Source: an uncultured Acidobacteriota bacterium (GTDB taxonomy: Bacteria > Acidobacteriota > Vicinamibacteria > Vicinamibacterales > UBA8438). From it: a stretch of DNA of 64,000 nucleotides. Positions 49,062 to 59,460 of the stretch are shown here, piece after piece. The stretch covers positions 32,001-96,000 of the forward strand of contig CAJWLU010000011.1 in assembly GCA_913043225.1 (NCBI GenBank). Direction: 5' to 3'. The first letter of the stretch is position 1. Each line of letters begins with the position of its first letter. The translations under genes and the position numbers were made by a program. The notes under the pieces were generated by a model. The model made no database searches, was not told the origin of the DNA, and saw only the letters and a list, made by a program, of their open reading frames with translations.

Positions 49062-51290
49062 TTACTGCTCGGCCACGAGCTCGGAGACGTCGGCCAGCCG
49101 GAGCACCCGCTGTTCGAGTCGCTTCAAGAGAGCCAGGCGACGGCGCCGGAGGTAGGGATCGGGCGCCATCACCAGTACGTCAGTAAAAAAGCGGTCAACG
49201 GCCGGGCCGAAGCGGGCGGCCTCGGCGAACGCCTCACGATACGCATCGCCGCTCTCGACGGCCGCCACGATCTTCGGCCCGCGGCGGGCCAGCTCGCGCT
49301 CGAGCCGTTTCTCGGCCGGTTCCAGCGCTTCCTCGGACACCGCCACCGCGCCGCGCTCGATGTCGCCAAACTCCCCATCGGACAGCTCTCGGGCGATGTT
49401 ACGGACCCGTTTGAAGACGGTGGCCAATTGCTGGAAGTCTGCCGACCCGGTAAACTCGGGCAGCACCTCAAGCTTTCGCCGCGCGTCGAGCGGCCGCAGC
49501 TGAGCGACGTCGGCATCGTGGGTGACGGCACGCACATTGCGCACGTCGTAGCCTCGCTGCTCGAGCACGTAACGCAGCCGCTCGCGCAGGAAGTCGATCA
49601 GCCGACGGGCATTCTCCTCCGGTGCACCGCCGGCGTGCTCCCCACGCGCCATGTTCACCAGGGTGCCGACATCAGGACGGACCGAAGACCCGGTCAGTTC
49701 AGGCAGGTCTACGAGGATGCGGAACACCCCGTGGGCCTGGCGCCGTAGCGCGAACGGATCCCGCGATCCGGTCGGTCGCTCGCCACTGAGAAATAGTCCC
49801 ACCAGGGTGTCGAGCTTGTCCGCCAGCGCCACCGCAGCCCAACAGACGCCAGCAGGACCGAGGTCGCGTGGCTGGGGCGGGGCGTCAGCGGCCACGCCGA
49901 TCGGAAGGTAGTGGTGATAGATGGCGCGCCAGACTGCCTCAGACTCGCCATCCTCGCGGGCATAGATGCCGCCCATCTGCCCCTGCAGTTCGGGAAACTC
50001 GCCTACCATGTCCGTGGTCAGATCCGCCTTTGCCAGAAGCGCGGCCCGCGCGGCGTCCGCTCCCACGTCGCTCGCATCGAGAGCATCACTAGCGACCCGG
50101 GCCGCCAACCGTTCGATCCGGTGAGCCTTGGCAAGATAGCTACCCAGCTTGGCGTGAAACCGGAGAGTGTCGAGGCGTTCCAGATGAGTAGCGAGCGGCG
50201 CCCCTCGATCGGCTTCCCAGAAAAACCGCGCATCCCGCAGCCTGGCAATTAGGACGCGCTCGGAGTTGTGAGCAATGGCCCGGACGTTATCCCGGGGGGT
50301 GTTGGTGACGGCCAGGAAATGCTCGGTCAGCCGACCACGTTTTGTGACCACCGGAAAGTAGTGCTGGTGGTGAATCATCGTGGTCTTTAGCACCTCGTCC
50401 GGTAGCGCCAGGAACTCGCGGGGAAAGTGTCCAGTGACCACCGACGGATACTCCACCAAGTCCGGCACCTCGTCGAGGAGCGACGACTCTCCTCCCGCGC
50501 CCCCTACGACGCCTCCCGCCCGAGCGGCCTGCGTGGTCAGCTTCTTGTCGATCCTGGCCCGGCGCTCGTGGCGCGACAGCAGAACGTAGTTCCGCTTGAG
50601 TGTGCGCCGGTACTCGGCAAACGACCCTACCGCCTGCCGGCCACCAGGCTTGCCATCACGAGCAAAGAAGCGGTGGCCAAAGGTGACCGCACCAGCCCGG
50701 ATCGGGGCAACCCCGCGCGCTACCGCCCCAGGGGTCCGCTCGATAACGAAGGGCACGACCCGACCGCCGAACAAGAACAGGAGCCACCGGATGGGCCGCC
50801 CGAATAGCAGTTCGCCCCGGCCGTCATCGAGACGCGCATCCCAGTTCATCTGCTTCCGGAACTCGAGACTGCGGAGCGTCGCGGCCAGCACATCGCCAAG
50901 CACCGTCCGTGCCAGTGCGCCACGCTGCCGGTTGCGATGCGCCAGGTAGATGCCTTTCGGCATCTTCACTTGAATCAGCTGGTTCACCGGCACACCGTGC
51001 TTGCGTGCGAAGCCCTCCGCCGCCCGCGTCGGCTTGCCACCGGCATCGAACGCCGCTGCCAGTGCGGGTCCGGTCTGGGTCTCTTCTAGGTCTGTTTGGC
51101 GATCTTCCAGCTTGGCCACGCGTGCGACCAGCCGGCGCGGCGTCGCGAAGGCCTCTGGCTCGGTTCCGCAGGTCAGCCGGGCGTCGTCAAGTGCCGCACG
51201 TAGCTTGTTCTCCAGTTGAGTCGTCAGCGAGGGAAGCCAACTCGCCGGAATCTCCTCGCACCCGATCTCGATCAACAGCTCTCGATTCAT
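49062..51290 (-). CDS. glyS: Glycine-tRNA ligase beta subunit
   Basis: LLIEIGCEEIP, TPRRL, RPIRW, ARLRDARFF, EFPELQG and PTGSRDPFALRR; start ATG 51290. Confidence 0.96.
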   Translation of the reverse strand: MNRELLIEIGCEEIPASWLPSLTTQLENKLRAALDDARLTCGTEPEAFATPRRLVARVAKLEDRQTDLEETQTGPALAAAFDAGGKPTRAAEGFARKHGVPVNQLIQVKMPKGIYLAHRNRQRGALARTVLGDVLAATLRSLEFRKQMNWDARLDDGRGELLFGRPIRWLLFLFGGRVVPFVIERTPGAVARGVAPIRAGAVTFGHRFFARDGKPGGRQAVGSFAEYRRTLKRNYVLLSRHERRARIDKKLTTQAARAGGVVGGAGGESSLLDEVPDLVEYPSVVTGHFPREFLALPDEVLKTTMIHHQHYFPVVTKRGRLTEHFLAVTNTPRDNVRAIAHNSERVLIARLRDARFFWEADRGAPLATHLERLDTLRFHAKLGSYLAKAHRIERLAARVASDALDASDVGADAARAALLAKADLTTDMVGEFPELQGQMGGIYAREDGESEAVWRAIYHHYLPIGVAADAPPQPRDLGPAGVCWAAVALADKLDTLVGLFLSGERPTGSRDPFALRRQAHGVFRILVDLPELTGSSVRPDVGTLVNMARGEHAGGAPEENARRLIDFLRERLRYVLEQRGYDVRNVRAVTHDADVAQLRPLDARRKLEVLPEFTGSADFQQLATVFKRVRNIARELSDGEFGDIERGAVAVSEEALEPAEKRLERELARRGPKIVAAVESGDAYREAFAEAARFGPAVDRFFTDVLVMAPDPYLRRRRLALLKRLEQRVLRLADVSELVAEQ

Positions 51291-51303
51291 GGTGACGTTC
51301 CGC

Positions 51304-52182
51304 TTAGGCCTCGGCCGACTGCTCGTCGGTGGCCCCGACGTAGGCATGGGCAATGGCTACGGCCAGCTCGCGCACGCGCAGAATGTAGGCAGCCCGCTCA
51401 GTCACCCCAATGCCACCGCTCGCATCCAGGATGTTGAACGTGTGTGAACACTTGAGACACGCATCCAGCGCCGGCAACACAAGCCCCGACCGTAACAGCG
51501 TCTGGGTCATCTGCTCGTGGCGGTCGAACAGGTCGCGGTGGAAGGCAGCGAACTCACGCTCGGGCATATCCACCATCCCGAAGGCGTATTTGGTCTGCTC
51601 GACCTCTTCTTGGTGGCGAACATCACGATAGGGCACACCGGGTGCCCACTCGAGGTCGTACACGTCGTCCACGCCCTGCAGGTGCATGGCAATCCGCTCG
51701 AGGCCGTAGGTGAGCTCGACCGAGACGGGAGCCAGATCGATGCCACCCGCCTGCTGGAAGTACGTGAACTGGGTAATCTCCATGCCGTCGAGCAAAACCT
51801 GCCACCCGATGCCCCAGGCACCGAGGGTGGGCGACTCCCAGTTGTCCTCCTCAAAGCGGACATCGTGCCTGGCCGGGTCGATGCCACACGCGCACAAGCT
51901 CTCCAGATATTGCAGCTGGGCCGCATCCGGCGACGGCTTGAGAATCACCTGGAACTGATGGTGCTTGAAAAGACGGTTCGGGTTCTCACCGAACCGGCCG
52001 TCCGCCGGCCGGCGTGACGGCTGCACGTAGGCAACGTTCCAGTGCCTCGGCCCTAACACCCGGAGGAAGGTCTCAGGATGCATGGTACCCGCCCCGACCT
52101 CGATGTCGAGCGGTTGCTGGATAAGGCAGCCCCGCGACGCCCAGAACTTGGACAATGAGGCGATCAGATCCTGAAGGGTCAC
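51304..52182 (-). CDS. glyQ: Glycine-tRNA ligase alpha subunit
   Basis: [30 protein letters not shown] and ELTYGLER; start GTG 52182. Confidence 0.97.
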   Translation of the reverse strand: MTLQDLIASLSKFWASRGCLIQQPLDIEVGAGTMHPETFLRVLGPRHWNVAYVQPSRRPADGRFGENPNRLFKHHQFQVILKPSPDAAQLQYLESLCACGIDPARHDVRFEEDNWESPTLGAWGIGWQVLLDGMEITQFTYFQQAGGIDLAPVSVELTYGLERIAMHLQGVDDVYDLEWAPGVPYRDVRHQEEVEQTKYAFGMVDMPEREFAAFHRDLFDRHEQMTQTLLRSGLVLPALDACLKCSHTFNILDASGGIGVTERAAYILRVRELAVAIAHAYVGATDEQSAEA

Positions 52183-52214
52183 ATCTTTACTCCCAGGGCC
52201 ACAGTATTGCTTCC

Positions 52215-52958
52215 CTAGACTCGGCCCATAGCTCGAAGCACTTTCACCGAGCGAAGCTCCTTCTCCAAATGAACCGCCAACAGTCGTCGATGCGCCTGCT
52301 CGAGCTCTCGCCCGGCTAGCTCTGACAAGCCTATATCGGCGAGTCGACCGGGTGGGGTGCCGGCGACCCCTCTCAGAAACCCTACGGCATCGCCAGACAA
52401 CAACACTCCCTGCTGGCCGGCACACCCACGGCAGACCAAGCCATCGCCACCCGGGTCAAGACGTCCGCCGCCGCTTAGGTCGCCGCCACAAGCTCCACAG
52501 GCCAGGAGCGACGGATAGACCCCTTGCAGTCGGAGCACCCAATACTCGAAGTACCGGGCCAACGGCTCGACCGGGACATCGCCCCGCAACGACTCGACCA
52601 CTGCCGCACCCAGCCGATACAGCGTGTCGTTCGGTTCTGCTTCCGGCGCGCACTCGTCGAGCAACTCGGCGAAGTACGAGACGTACCCGAGACTCTCGCC
52701 ATCACGTGCGGCCAAAGGGGAACTGACCGGGTCGACATAGCTCAGTCGCACCAGATCCCGCCGCTCCCGCTCGTAGTACGCCAGCCGCGCCAAGGTCAGC
52801 GGCTCGAGACCGCCGCCAAACCGCGACTTGGTCCGGCGGGCCCCATTCGCCACACCGCGCTTCTTGCCCCGGTCGCGGGTCAGGAAGACGACGATACAGT
52901 CCGCCTCACCAAGCTGATAGGTGCGCAGAACGAGCGCGTCGGTCGTAAACAGTGGCAT
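52215..52958 (-). CDS. recO: DNA repair protein RecO
   Basis: LGEADCIV...[18 protein letters not shown]...CRGC zinc finger; adjacent to glyQ. Confidence 0.94.
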   Translation of the reverse strand: MPLFTTDALVLRTYQLGEADCIVVFLTRDRGKKRGVANGARRTKSRFGGGLEPLTLARLAYYERERRDLVRLSYVDPVSSPLAARDGESLGYVSYFAELLDECAPEAEPNDTLYRLGAAVVESLRGDVPVEPLARYFEYWVLRLQGVYPSLLACGACGGDLSGGGRLDPGGDGLVCRGCAGQQGVLLSGDAVGFLRGVAGTPPGRLADIGLSELAGRELEQAHRRLLAVHLEKELRSVKVLRAMGRV

Positions 52959-52995
52959 CGCGACCGCCGAACCGAAACGTCGTATTGTACAGCCG

Positions 52996-54360
52996 TTACG
53001 CTGCCTTGACGTACTGCAGGAAGACCGTTGCTAGGCCCAGGAAAGCAAAGAACCCGAAGACGTCGGTCAAGGTAGTGATGAACACGGCCGACGCCAGTGC
53101 CGGGTCGATCTTGAGCGCTCGCAGGATGATCGGGATGACGGTCGCAGCCACGGCGGCCACTAGCAGGTTGATCACCATCGCCAACCCCAGGATCAGCCCA
53201 AGGTACAGATTGCCTGACATCGACCAGGCGACTCCAGCCCCGATGGTGCCCAGCGCCAGCCCATTGCTCAAACCAACCAGCGCTTCCTTGAACACCGCCT
53301 TACGAGAGTTGCCCCAGGTGAGCTCTCCCAGCGCTATCCCGCGCACGATGACGGTGAGCGCCTGGGTGGCAGCGTTACCACCCATGCTCGCCACGATGGT
53401 CATAAAGACGGCCAGCACAACGACCTCATCGATCGTGGCCTGAAATGCCCGTACGACAAACGCCGCCATCGTGGCCGTGATCAGGTTCACGGCGAGCCAC
53501 GGCAGCCGCTTGCGCACCGACTCGCTGGCGGGCGAGAACACGTGCTCATCACCGCTGACACCAGCCAGTCGGTAAATATCCTCGGTGGCCTCGTCCTTAA
53601 TGATGTCGATCACATCGTCGACCGTGATGATCCCGGCCAACTTGTTCTCCTCGTCGACGACCGGAATAGCCAGCAGGTTGTAGTTCGCGACGTGCTGGGC
53701 AACCTCTTCCTGGTCGGTGTCGACCCTGGCGCTGATCAGGTCGGTGGTCATGATCCGCCGGAGCGGCGTCTCTGGCGAAACTAGCAACAGGCGTCGCAGA
53801 GACACGACGCCGACCAGATGCCGCCGCTCATCGACCACATAGAGATAAAAGACCATCTCCACCTCGCGCGACCCCTGGAGTGCCTGGATCGCCTCGCCCG
53901 CCGTCAGCTCCTCCGACAACGCGAACACCGTCGGATTCATGATCCGGCCGGCGGTCTGCTCGGCGTACTCGAGCAGGTTCTCGACCTCACCCGACGCTCG
54001 CATCTGTTCGAGCACGGCGTCCGAGATCTGCTCGGGAAATTCGTCGATCAGGGCCGCCGCATCGTCGGACGGCATCTCCTGCAGCCACTGGGCCAGCCTG
54101 CCCGGCGGATGCTCGGCAAGCAGGGTTGAGGCCGGCTCTGGTCCGTACTCGATCAGCGCCTCCATGGCGAGGCGGCTGTTGTGGCCGAGCAGCAGGTTGA
54201 GTGCGACCCGACAGTCTTTCTGGGAAAGCTCGCTGAAGAGCTCAGCGAGATCGGCCGGATGCTGCTTCTGCAGCAGGTTGACAAGGTTCACAGACGCACC
54301 AATCCGCTGCAGTCGCTTGACTGAATCGAGAACCACGTCGATTCGGCGGAGGGGTGGCAT
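52996..54360 (-). CDS. mgtE: Magnesium transporter MgtE
   Basis: HPADLAE; CBS pair; RLPWL, MGGNAATQ, IDPALAS and TTLTDV. Confidence 0.96.
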   Translation of the reverse strand: MPPLRRIDVVLDSVKRLQRIGASVNLVNLLQKQHPADLAELFSELSQKDCRVALNLLLGHNSRLAMEALIEYGPEPASTLLAEHPPGRLAQWLQEMPSDDAAALIDEFPEQISDAVLEQMRASGEVENLLEYAEQTAGRIMNPTVFALSEELTAGEAIQALQGSREVEMVFYLYVVDERRHLVGVVSLRRLLLVSPETPLRRIMTTDLISARVDTDQEEVAQHVANYNLLAIPVVDEENKLAGIITVDDVIDIIKDEATEDIYRLAGVSGDEHVFSPASESVRKRLPWLAVNLITATMAAFVVRAFQATIDEVVVLAVFMTIVASMGGNAATQALTVIVRGIALGELTWGNSRKAVFKEALVGLSNGLALGTIGAGVAWSMSGNLYLGLILGLAMVINLLVAAVAATVIPIILRALKIDPALASAVFITTLTDVFGFFAFLGLATVFLQYVKAA

Positions 54361-54532
54361 AGTCCCGTCGCTCGTGTCGAGCCGTTAACGTGTGCCGGAG
54401 GCGCGAGTCAGGTTCGTCTGGATGTCCCACAGTCGCTACCAAGAACTTCTCAGTGTAGCACTTTCGCGCCAATGGACCCCGCCGCCGCGCCCATTTTGGG
54501 ACTCAGGCAGAGCCATGCGAAGATGGGGCACG

Positions 54533-55765
54533 ATGCCGATTACGACCAGAGCGTCTGCCCTCCCGAGCGTGCGAATCCACGCGCTGGCCATCATTCTGGG
54601 TTTCGGGTTGTTGACCGCTGGTCTCCACGCTCAGCAGACGGCGTCCGAACAACGCACCCGCGCCGAGGCGGGGGATGCCACGGCCCAGTACGGCCTTGGC
54701 TACGCACACTGGATCGGTGAGAACGTCGGCCAGGACAATGCCGAGGCCGCTCGCTGGTTCCAGCTGGCGGCGGAGCAGGGGAATGCCGACGCCCAGTTCT
54801 ATCTGGGGGTACTGCACGCGGAAGGGAGCGGGGTTCCACGCAGCCGAGAGTCCGCGTCCGAGTGGTTCCGCCGAGCCGCCAAGCAAGGGCACGCGTCGGG
54901 CCAGTTCCGGTTCGCCAGAAACCTCGAGCGAGGCCGTGGGGTGGAGGCGAATGAAGCGGAGGCAATCGACTGGTTCCTGAAGGCTGCGGACCAGGGCCAC
55001 GTCGATGCGCAGTTCACGCTGGGCAGCCGGTATCTGTCGGCTGGGGGCAACAAACTCGCGGCCGAAGCGGCTCGGTTGTATCGGCTGGCCGCAGCTCAGG
55101 GCCATCTCGAAGCGCAGTACAACCTCGGCTACATGTTGTCCCAAGGCCACGGAGTGGAGCGCGACCCCGTAAGGGCAGCCCACTGGTACCGTCTAGCCGC
55201 AGACCAGGGGCACGCGGGTGCGCAGGTCAGCCTCGGATTCGTCGTTGCGGCCCAGGCGCTCGGGTTACGACGCACACCCCCGCCCGACACGGGGACGCCG
55301 CCGGACGAGGTCGCCCGTGACATCCGGCTGACCAAGGACCCGCGTCCGGAAGAAGCCCGGTTCACGCGCGGGCTGATGTACCGCTACCGGCTGGCGGCAA
55401 AACAGAGGCATGCTACCGCCCAGTTTCTGCTCGGCACTATCTACGAGCGGGGTAAGGAGATGCGGCAGGATCGCACCGAAGCGGCGCGGTGGATGCGGCT
55501 GGCCGCAAACCAGGGCTATCTGGAAGCTCAGATCGCGCTGGGCGAGATGCTGGCGAGCGAGCGGGATGGGATCGGCGACGAGGTGGAAGCCTACATGTGG
55601 CTTAATCTCGCCGCTCAATCTGCACGGACGCGCGACGACCGCACCCGGGCAGAGCAGGCTCGCGATCTCCTGGCGGCCCGCTTGAGTACTGATCAGGTCG
55701 AAGAGGCGCGGCGACTGGTGCGGCGCTGGCGACCCGGACCAGGCCACCCCCGACCAACACCCTGA
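54533..55765 (+). CDS. Exported Sel1-like repeat protein
   Basis: Signal peptide followed by about seven AQxxLG...W...AAxQG repeats; start uncertain (54515 or 54533). Confidence 0.88.
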   Translation: MPITTRASALPSVRIHALAIILGFGLLTAGLHAQQTASEQRTRAEAGDATAQYGLGYAHWIGENVGQDNAEAARWFQLAAEQGNADAQFYLGVLHAEGSGVPRSRESASEWFRRAAKQGHASGQFRFARNLERGRGVEANEAEAIDWFLKAADQGHVDAQFTLGSRYLSAGGNKLAAEAARLYRLAAAQGHLEAQYNLGYMLSQGHGVERDPVRAAHWYRLAADQGHAGAQVSLGFVVAAQALGLRRTPPPDTGTPPDEVARDIRLTKDPRPEEARFTRGLMYRYRLAAKQRHATAQFLLGTIYERGKEMRQDRTEAARWMRLAANQGYLEAQIALGEMLASERDGIGDEVEAYMWLNLAAQSARTRDDRTRAEQARDLLAARLSTDQVEEARRLVRRWRPGPGHPRPTP

Positions 55766-56671
55766 CTAACCGCGTGACCGCGGTGCGACGCCGGCCTGAT
55801 CGAGCCACCGATCATTTTCACGCCACTCGGCGCGCACCTTGACGTGCAGGTCGAGATAGACCCGGCACTCGAAGAAGCGCTCAAGATCCCGCCTGGCGGC
55901 CGACCCGATCTCCTTGATGCGAGCCCCCCTCGGACCAAGCACGATAGGCTTCTGCGACGGACGCTCCACCAGAATCGAACAATAGAGATGTAGCCGCCCT
56001 GGTTCTGATTCGTCGTCGAACCGATCGACCACCACCGCGGTCGTGAACGGCAACTCGGCATGCGTCAACCTAAGCAGCTGTTCCCTCACCATCTCCCCCG
56101 CCAGCAGTCGCTGAGGCTGGTCGGTGAGGTAGTCCTCCGGATAGAACGGTTCCCCCTCGGGGAGATGAGCGATGATCTCGCGCTCGAGAATGTCGACGCC
56201 GTCCCCCGTCTTGGCCGACACGGGCACGATGGCAGCGAACTCGCGCTGCTGGCGGTACCAGTCGATGATGGGGAGCAGCCTCGGCTTGGCCACTAGGTCC
56301 ACCTTGTTGAGGACCAGCACGACCGGCCCGGCCGCCTTCTCCAGTTGCCCAAGGACCCACTTGTCGCCAGCGCCGATCCCATCAGTGGCATCACGGACCA
56401 GGCCGATCACGTCGACATCAGAGATCGCCTCGTAGGCGATGTCGACCATCCGGACGTTCATCCGATGCAACGGTCGGTGGATACCCGGGGTGTCGACGAA
56501 AATCACCTGAGCCAGGTCGTCACCCGGGTAGTTCTGCACGCCAACGATACGGTTACGAGTAGTTTGCGGCTTGTCCGAGACGATCGCTAGCTTGACGCCG
56601 ACGACCTGATTCAGAAGGGTCGACTTCCCAGCGTTCGGCCGACCGACGAAGGAGACATATCCACAGCGCAT
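55766..56671 (-). CDS. era: GTPase Era
   Basis: GRPNAGKS, QTTR, DTPG, NKVD and a C-terminal KH domain. Confidence 0.97.
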   Translation of the reverse strand: MRCGYVSFVGRPNAGKSTLLNQVVGVKLAIVSDKPQTTRNRIVGVQNYPGDDLAQVIFVDTPGIHRPLHRMNVRMVDIAYEAISDVDVIGLVRDATDGIGAGDKWVLGQLEKAAGPVVLVLNKVDLVAKPRLLPIIDWYRQQREFAAIVPVSAKTGDGVDILEREIIAHLPEGEPFYPEDYLTDQPQRLLAGEMVREQLLRLTHAELPFTTAVVVDRFDDESEPGRLHLYCSILVERPSQKPIVLGPRGARIKEIGSAARRDLERFFECRVYLDLHVKVRAEWRENDRWLDQAGVAPRSRG

Positions 56672-56686
56672 CAGGATCTGGCCTGG

Positions 56687-57943
56687 CTACATCGCCTCCG
56701 GGTGCGCGGCGTCACGCCGCCACATCCTCACCTTGCGGATCCGGCGGCGTTCGGCCTCGAGCACTTCTACCCTGAAGTCATCCACTTCCACCGTTTCGCC
56801 GATCTCTGGAACCCGCCCGAGCCGCGTGAGGAGGTAGCCGCCGACCGTCTCGAATCCATCACGCTCGACGACCACGCCCAAATGCTCGCTCATGTCGGCA
56901 ACGCTAACCGTAGCCTGATAGATCCAAACCCCATCGCCTTCCCGCACTGCCGGCTCCGGCTCGTCATCGTCGTACTCGTCACGAATCTCGCCCACGATCT
57001 CTTCGAGCAGATCCTCGATGGTCACCAGCCCGGCCGTCGCCCCGTACTCGTCCACGACGATGGCGCTCTGTGCCTGCTTCAGCTGCAGCTCGCGCAGCAA
57101 CTCGGCCACCCGTTTGCCTTCGGGTACGACGTGCACCGGCCTGAGCAGCTGAGGCACGATCGGCATCTCGCCAGGCACCCCGTCGAGCGTCACGAGGTCT
57201 TTGGCAAAGACGAACCCGATTATGTTGTCGAGGTTGTCACGATAGACAGGAATCCTCGAGTACTCCTCGTCGGCGAACAACGCCCGGAAGGCGCTGACCG
57301 AAGCGTCGTGCTCGATCCCTACTATGTCGGGGCGCGGGGTCATGACCTCACGGACGAGCGTGCCGCCAAAGTCCACCACGGACTGCAGCAATCGGCGTTC
57401 CTCCTGTTCCTCTGCGTTCGCCTCGTCGCACTGGTCCACGGCTGGGGCCCCGGCCGATGTCACGATGGTCTCATCCCCGTCTCCGTTAGCGCGGACGTCG
57501 ATCCGTGGTCTCGCCGACCGCCACAGCCGCAAGAGCCAGAACTGCAAGGGCCGGAACACACGCATCGTCATGTCGAACGACGGGAGCAATAATTCCAGCA
57601 CACGGCCGGCACCGGCCCGCACGAGGAGCGACGGCACCACCTGCTCGACCACCAGCAAGAACCCGAAACCGGCCAGCAGGAGCCCGGCGACCTGCTGCAG
57701 GGTCTCCACCCCGACGAGGCGTGCCAACACCACCGCTGCCGCGGCGGTCAGTAACCCGCTGAGAAACCGGGTGCCAACGTAGAGCCGCTGCGGCGCGTCG
57801 AGATAGGTGGTGAGCGAGTCATGGCGGGCGTCCCGTTCAGCACTGAGCCGTTCCGACAAGCGAACGAGCGTGCCGAACGCCGCCTCGATCGTCGCGACCC
57901 AGGCTAGCGCGCACCCAATCAGGAAGAGGAGCAACGGTAGCAT
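56687..57943 (-). CDS. Hemolysin-family CNNM/CBS/CorC transporter-associated protein
   Basis: N-terminal TM domain; VREVMTPR, YSRIPVY, VVDEYG and EEIVGEIRDEYD. Confidence 0.92.
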   Translation of the reverse strand: MLPLLLFLIGCALAWVATIEAAFGTLVRLSERLSAERDARHDSLTTYLDAPQRLYVGTRFLSGLLTAAAAVVLARLVGVETLQQVAGLLLAGFGFLLVVEQVVPSLLVRAGAGRVLELLLPSFDMTMRVFRPLQFWLLRLWRSARPRIDVRANGDGDETIVTSAGAPAVDQCDEANAEEQEERRLLQSVVDFGGTLVREVMTPRPDIVGIEHDASVSAFRALFADEEYSRIPVYRDNLDNIIGFVFAKDLVTLDGVPGEMPIVPQLLRPVHVVPEGKRVAELLRELQLKQAQSAIVVDEYGATAGLVTIEDLLEEIVGEIRDEYDDDEPEPAVREGDGVWIYQATVSVADMSEHLGVVVERDGFETVGGYLLTRLGRVPEIGETVEVDDFRVEVLEAERRRIRKVRMWRRDAAHPEAM

Positions 57944-57948
57944 CACAC

Positions 57949-58410
57949 TTACTCCGGCGGGAGTCCACCGCGCCGGCGAAGCTGGCGCTCGAGGCGCTCC
58001 ATTTGTCCGTCATCACGCTCGTGGTCGTAGCCGAGCAGATGCAGGAGGCCATGCAAAGTCAACCGCTTCAACTCCTGCGCATTTGTCCACCCGGCGGCGC
58101 GGGCCTGGCGAGCAGCTAGACCAGTGGCGATTACGACATCACCCAGCAACCGGACGTCTCCAACCGCCGGCGCCCCCTGATCGGCGGGGAATGACAGCAC
58201 GTCGGTCACCCGCTTGATGCCGCGGAACCGATGATTGAGATCCCGCATCTTGCGATCCCCCACCAGGGCGATGGTGAGCTCCCCGCGGGCCGCGCGTGGA
58301 GCGACCCGGATCACCCATGGCACGAGGCCGCGCTCGGTTCTAGGACGGCCGCGGCCGTCGGTGACCGTGATGCGGAGTTTAGACGAAGGGTCGGGGTCGT
58401 CCGTGGTCAT
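57949..58410 (-). CDS. ybeY: rRNA maturation RNase YbeY
   Basis: TDVLSFP, LGDVVI and HGLLHLLGYDH. Confidence 0.96.
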   Translation of the reverse strand: MTTDDPDPSSKLRITVTDGRGRPRTERGLVPWVIRVAPRAARGELTIALVGDRKMRDLNHRFRGIKRVTDVLSFPADQGAPAVGDVRLLGDVVIATGLAARQARAAGWTNAQELKRLTLHGLLHLLGYDHERDDGQMERLERQLRRRGGLPPE

Positions 58411-59432
58411 GTCGAAGCGGAGGTCGGAGACTCTTCGGCGGCGCTGGCCTCGTAGGCCTGCACGATCTTCTGCACAAGCGGATGGCGGACCACGTCGCGG
58501 TCGCCGAAACGAACGAAGGCTACTCCCTCGACCTGACCGACGACCCGCATCGCCTCGATTAAGCCGGAGACCCGGCCCGAGGGCAGGTCGATCTGGGTAA
58601 TGTCTCCGGTGATGACCGCCTTGGACCCGAAACCGAGGCGGGTCAGAAACATCTTCATCTGTTCCGAGGTAGTGTTCTGAGCCTCATCCAGGACGACAAA
58701 CGCGTCGTTGAGCGTGCGGCCGCGCATGAACGCCAGCGGGGCGATCTCGATGGTGCCCCGTTCGAGCAAACGGTCGACACGTTCGAGATCGAGCATATCG
58801 TAGAGCGCATCGTAGAGCGGACGCAGGTACGGATTCACTTTCTCCTGCAGATCTCCCGGCAGGAACCCGAGTCGCTCACCGGCCTCGACCGCCGGTCGCG
58901 CCAGCACGATACGCGTCACCTTCTTTGCGGTGAGGCACGCGACCGCCTGCGCCATGGCGAGGTAGGTCTTGCCAGTCCCAGCAGGGCCGACTCCAAATAC
59001 GATGTCGTGGCGGTCAATCGCTTCGAGGTAGCGCCGCTGATTGAAACTCTTGGGCGCGACGTGCCGCTTGGCCGAGGCCTTAACCGTAGCTCGGACGAAG
59101 TAATCGCAGAGACGCGCGTCCGGATCATCCAGCAGGAGTTGGCCGGCGCGGCGGACGTCCTCTGCCGACAACTGGTACCCCTCGGCCACCAACGTGCCCA
59201 GTTGCGACACCACCCGTCCGAGGGTCTCGACCGCTTCAGCGTCACCTTCGGCTAGCAACGCCGTGCCGTCGGTGCGGATCTGCACTCCAAGCAGATCCTC
59301 GAACGTCCGCAAATTAGTATCGAAGGAACCGAACAAGAACTCTGCGCTCTCGTCGGGGATGGAAATCCGGGCGGAGGTCACCGTCCCGGCGTCATCTGGT
59401 TGGTGGGTCACGTAGTTTGTCGATGGTGGCAC
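58407..59432 (-). CDS. phoH: PhoH-family ATPase (YbeZ-like)
   Basis: GPAGTGKT, RPAVEAGERLGFLPG, MRGRT and DEAQN. Confidence 0.95.
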   Translation of the reverse strand: MPPSTNYVTHQPDDAGTVTSARISIPDESAEFLFGSFDTNLRTFEDLLGVQIRTDGTALLAEGDAEAVETLGRVVSQLGTLVAEGYQLSAEDVRRAGQLLLDDPDARLCDYFVRATVKASAKRHVAPKSFNQRRYLEAIDRHDIVFGVGPAGTGKTYLAMAQAVACLTAKKVTRIVLARPAVEAGERLGFLPGDLQEKVNPYLRPLYDALYDMLDLERVDRLLERGTIEIAPLAFMRGRTLNDAFVVLDEAQNTTSEQMKMFLTRLGFGSKAVITGDITQIDLPSGRVSGLIEAMRVVGQVEGVAFVRFGDRDVVRHPLVQKIVQAYEASAAEESPTSAST

Positions 59433-59460
59433 GAAGTGGCCGCTCTGGCAACCGGGTCCC

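Noticed and set aside
54361..54470. M-box (Mg2+) riboswitch upstream of mgtE
   Set aside because: The apparent leader is only about 90 nt and shows no M-box features that I can recognise.
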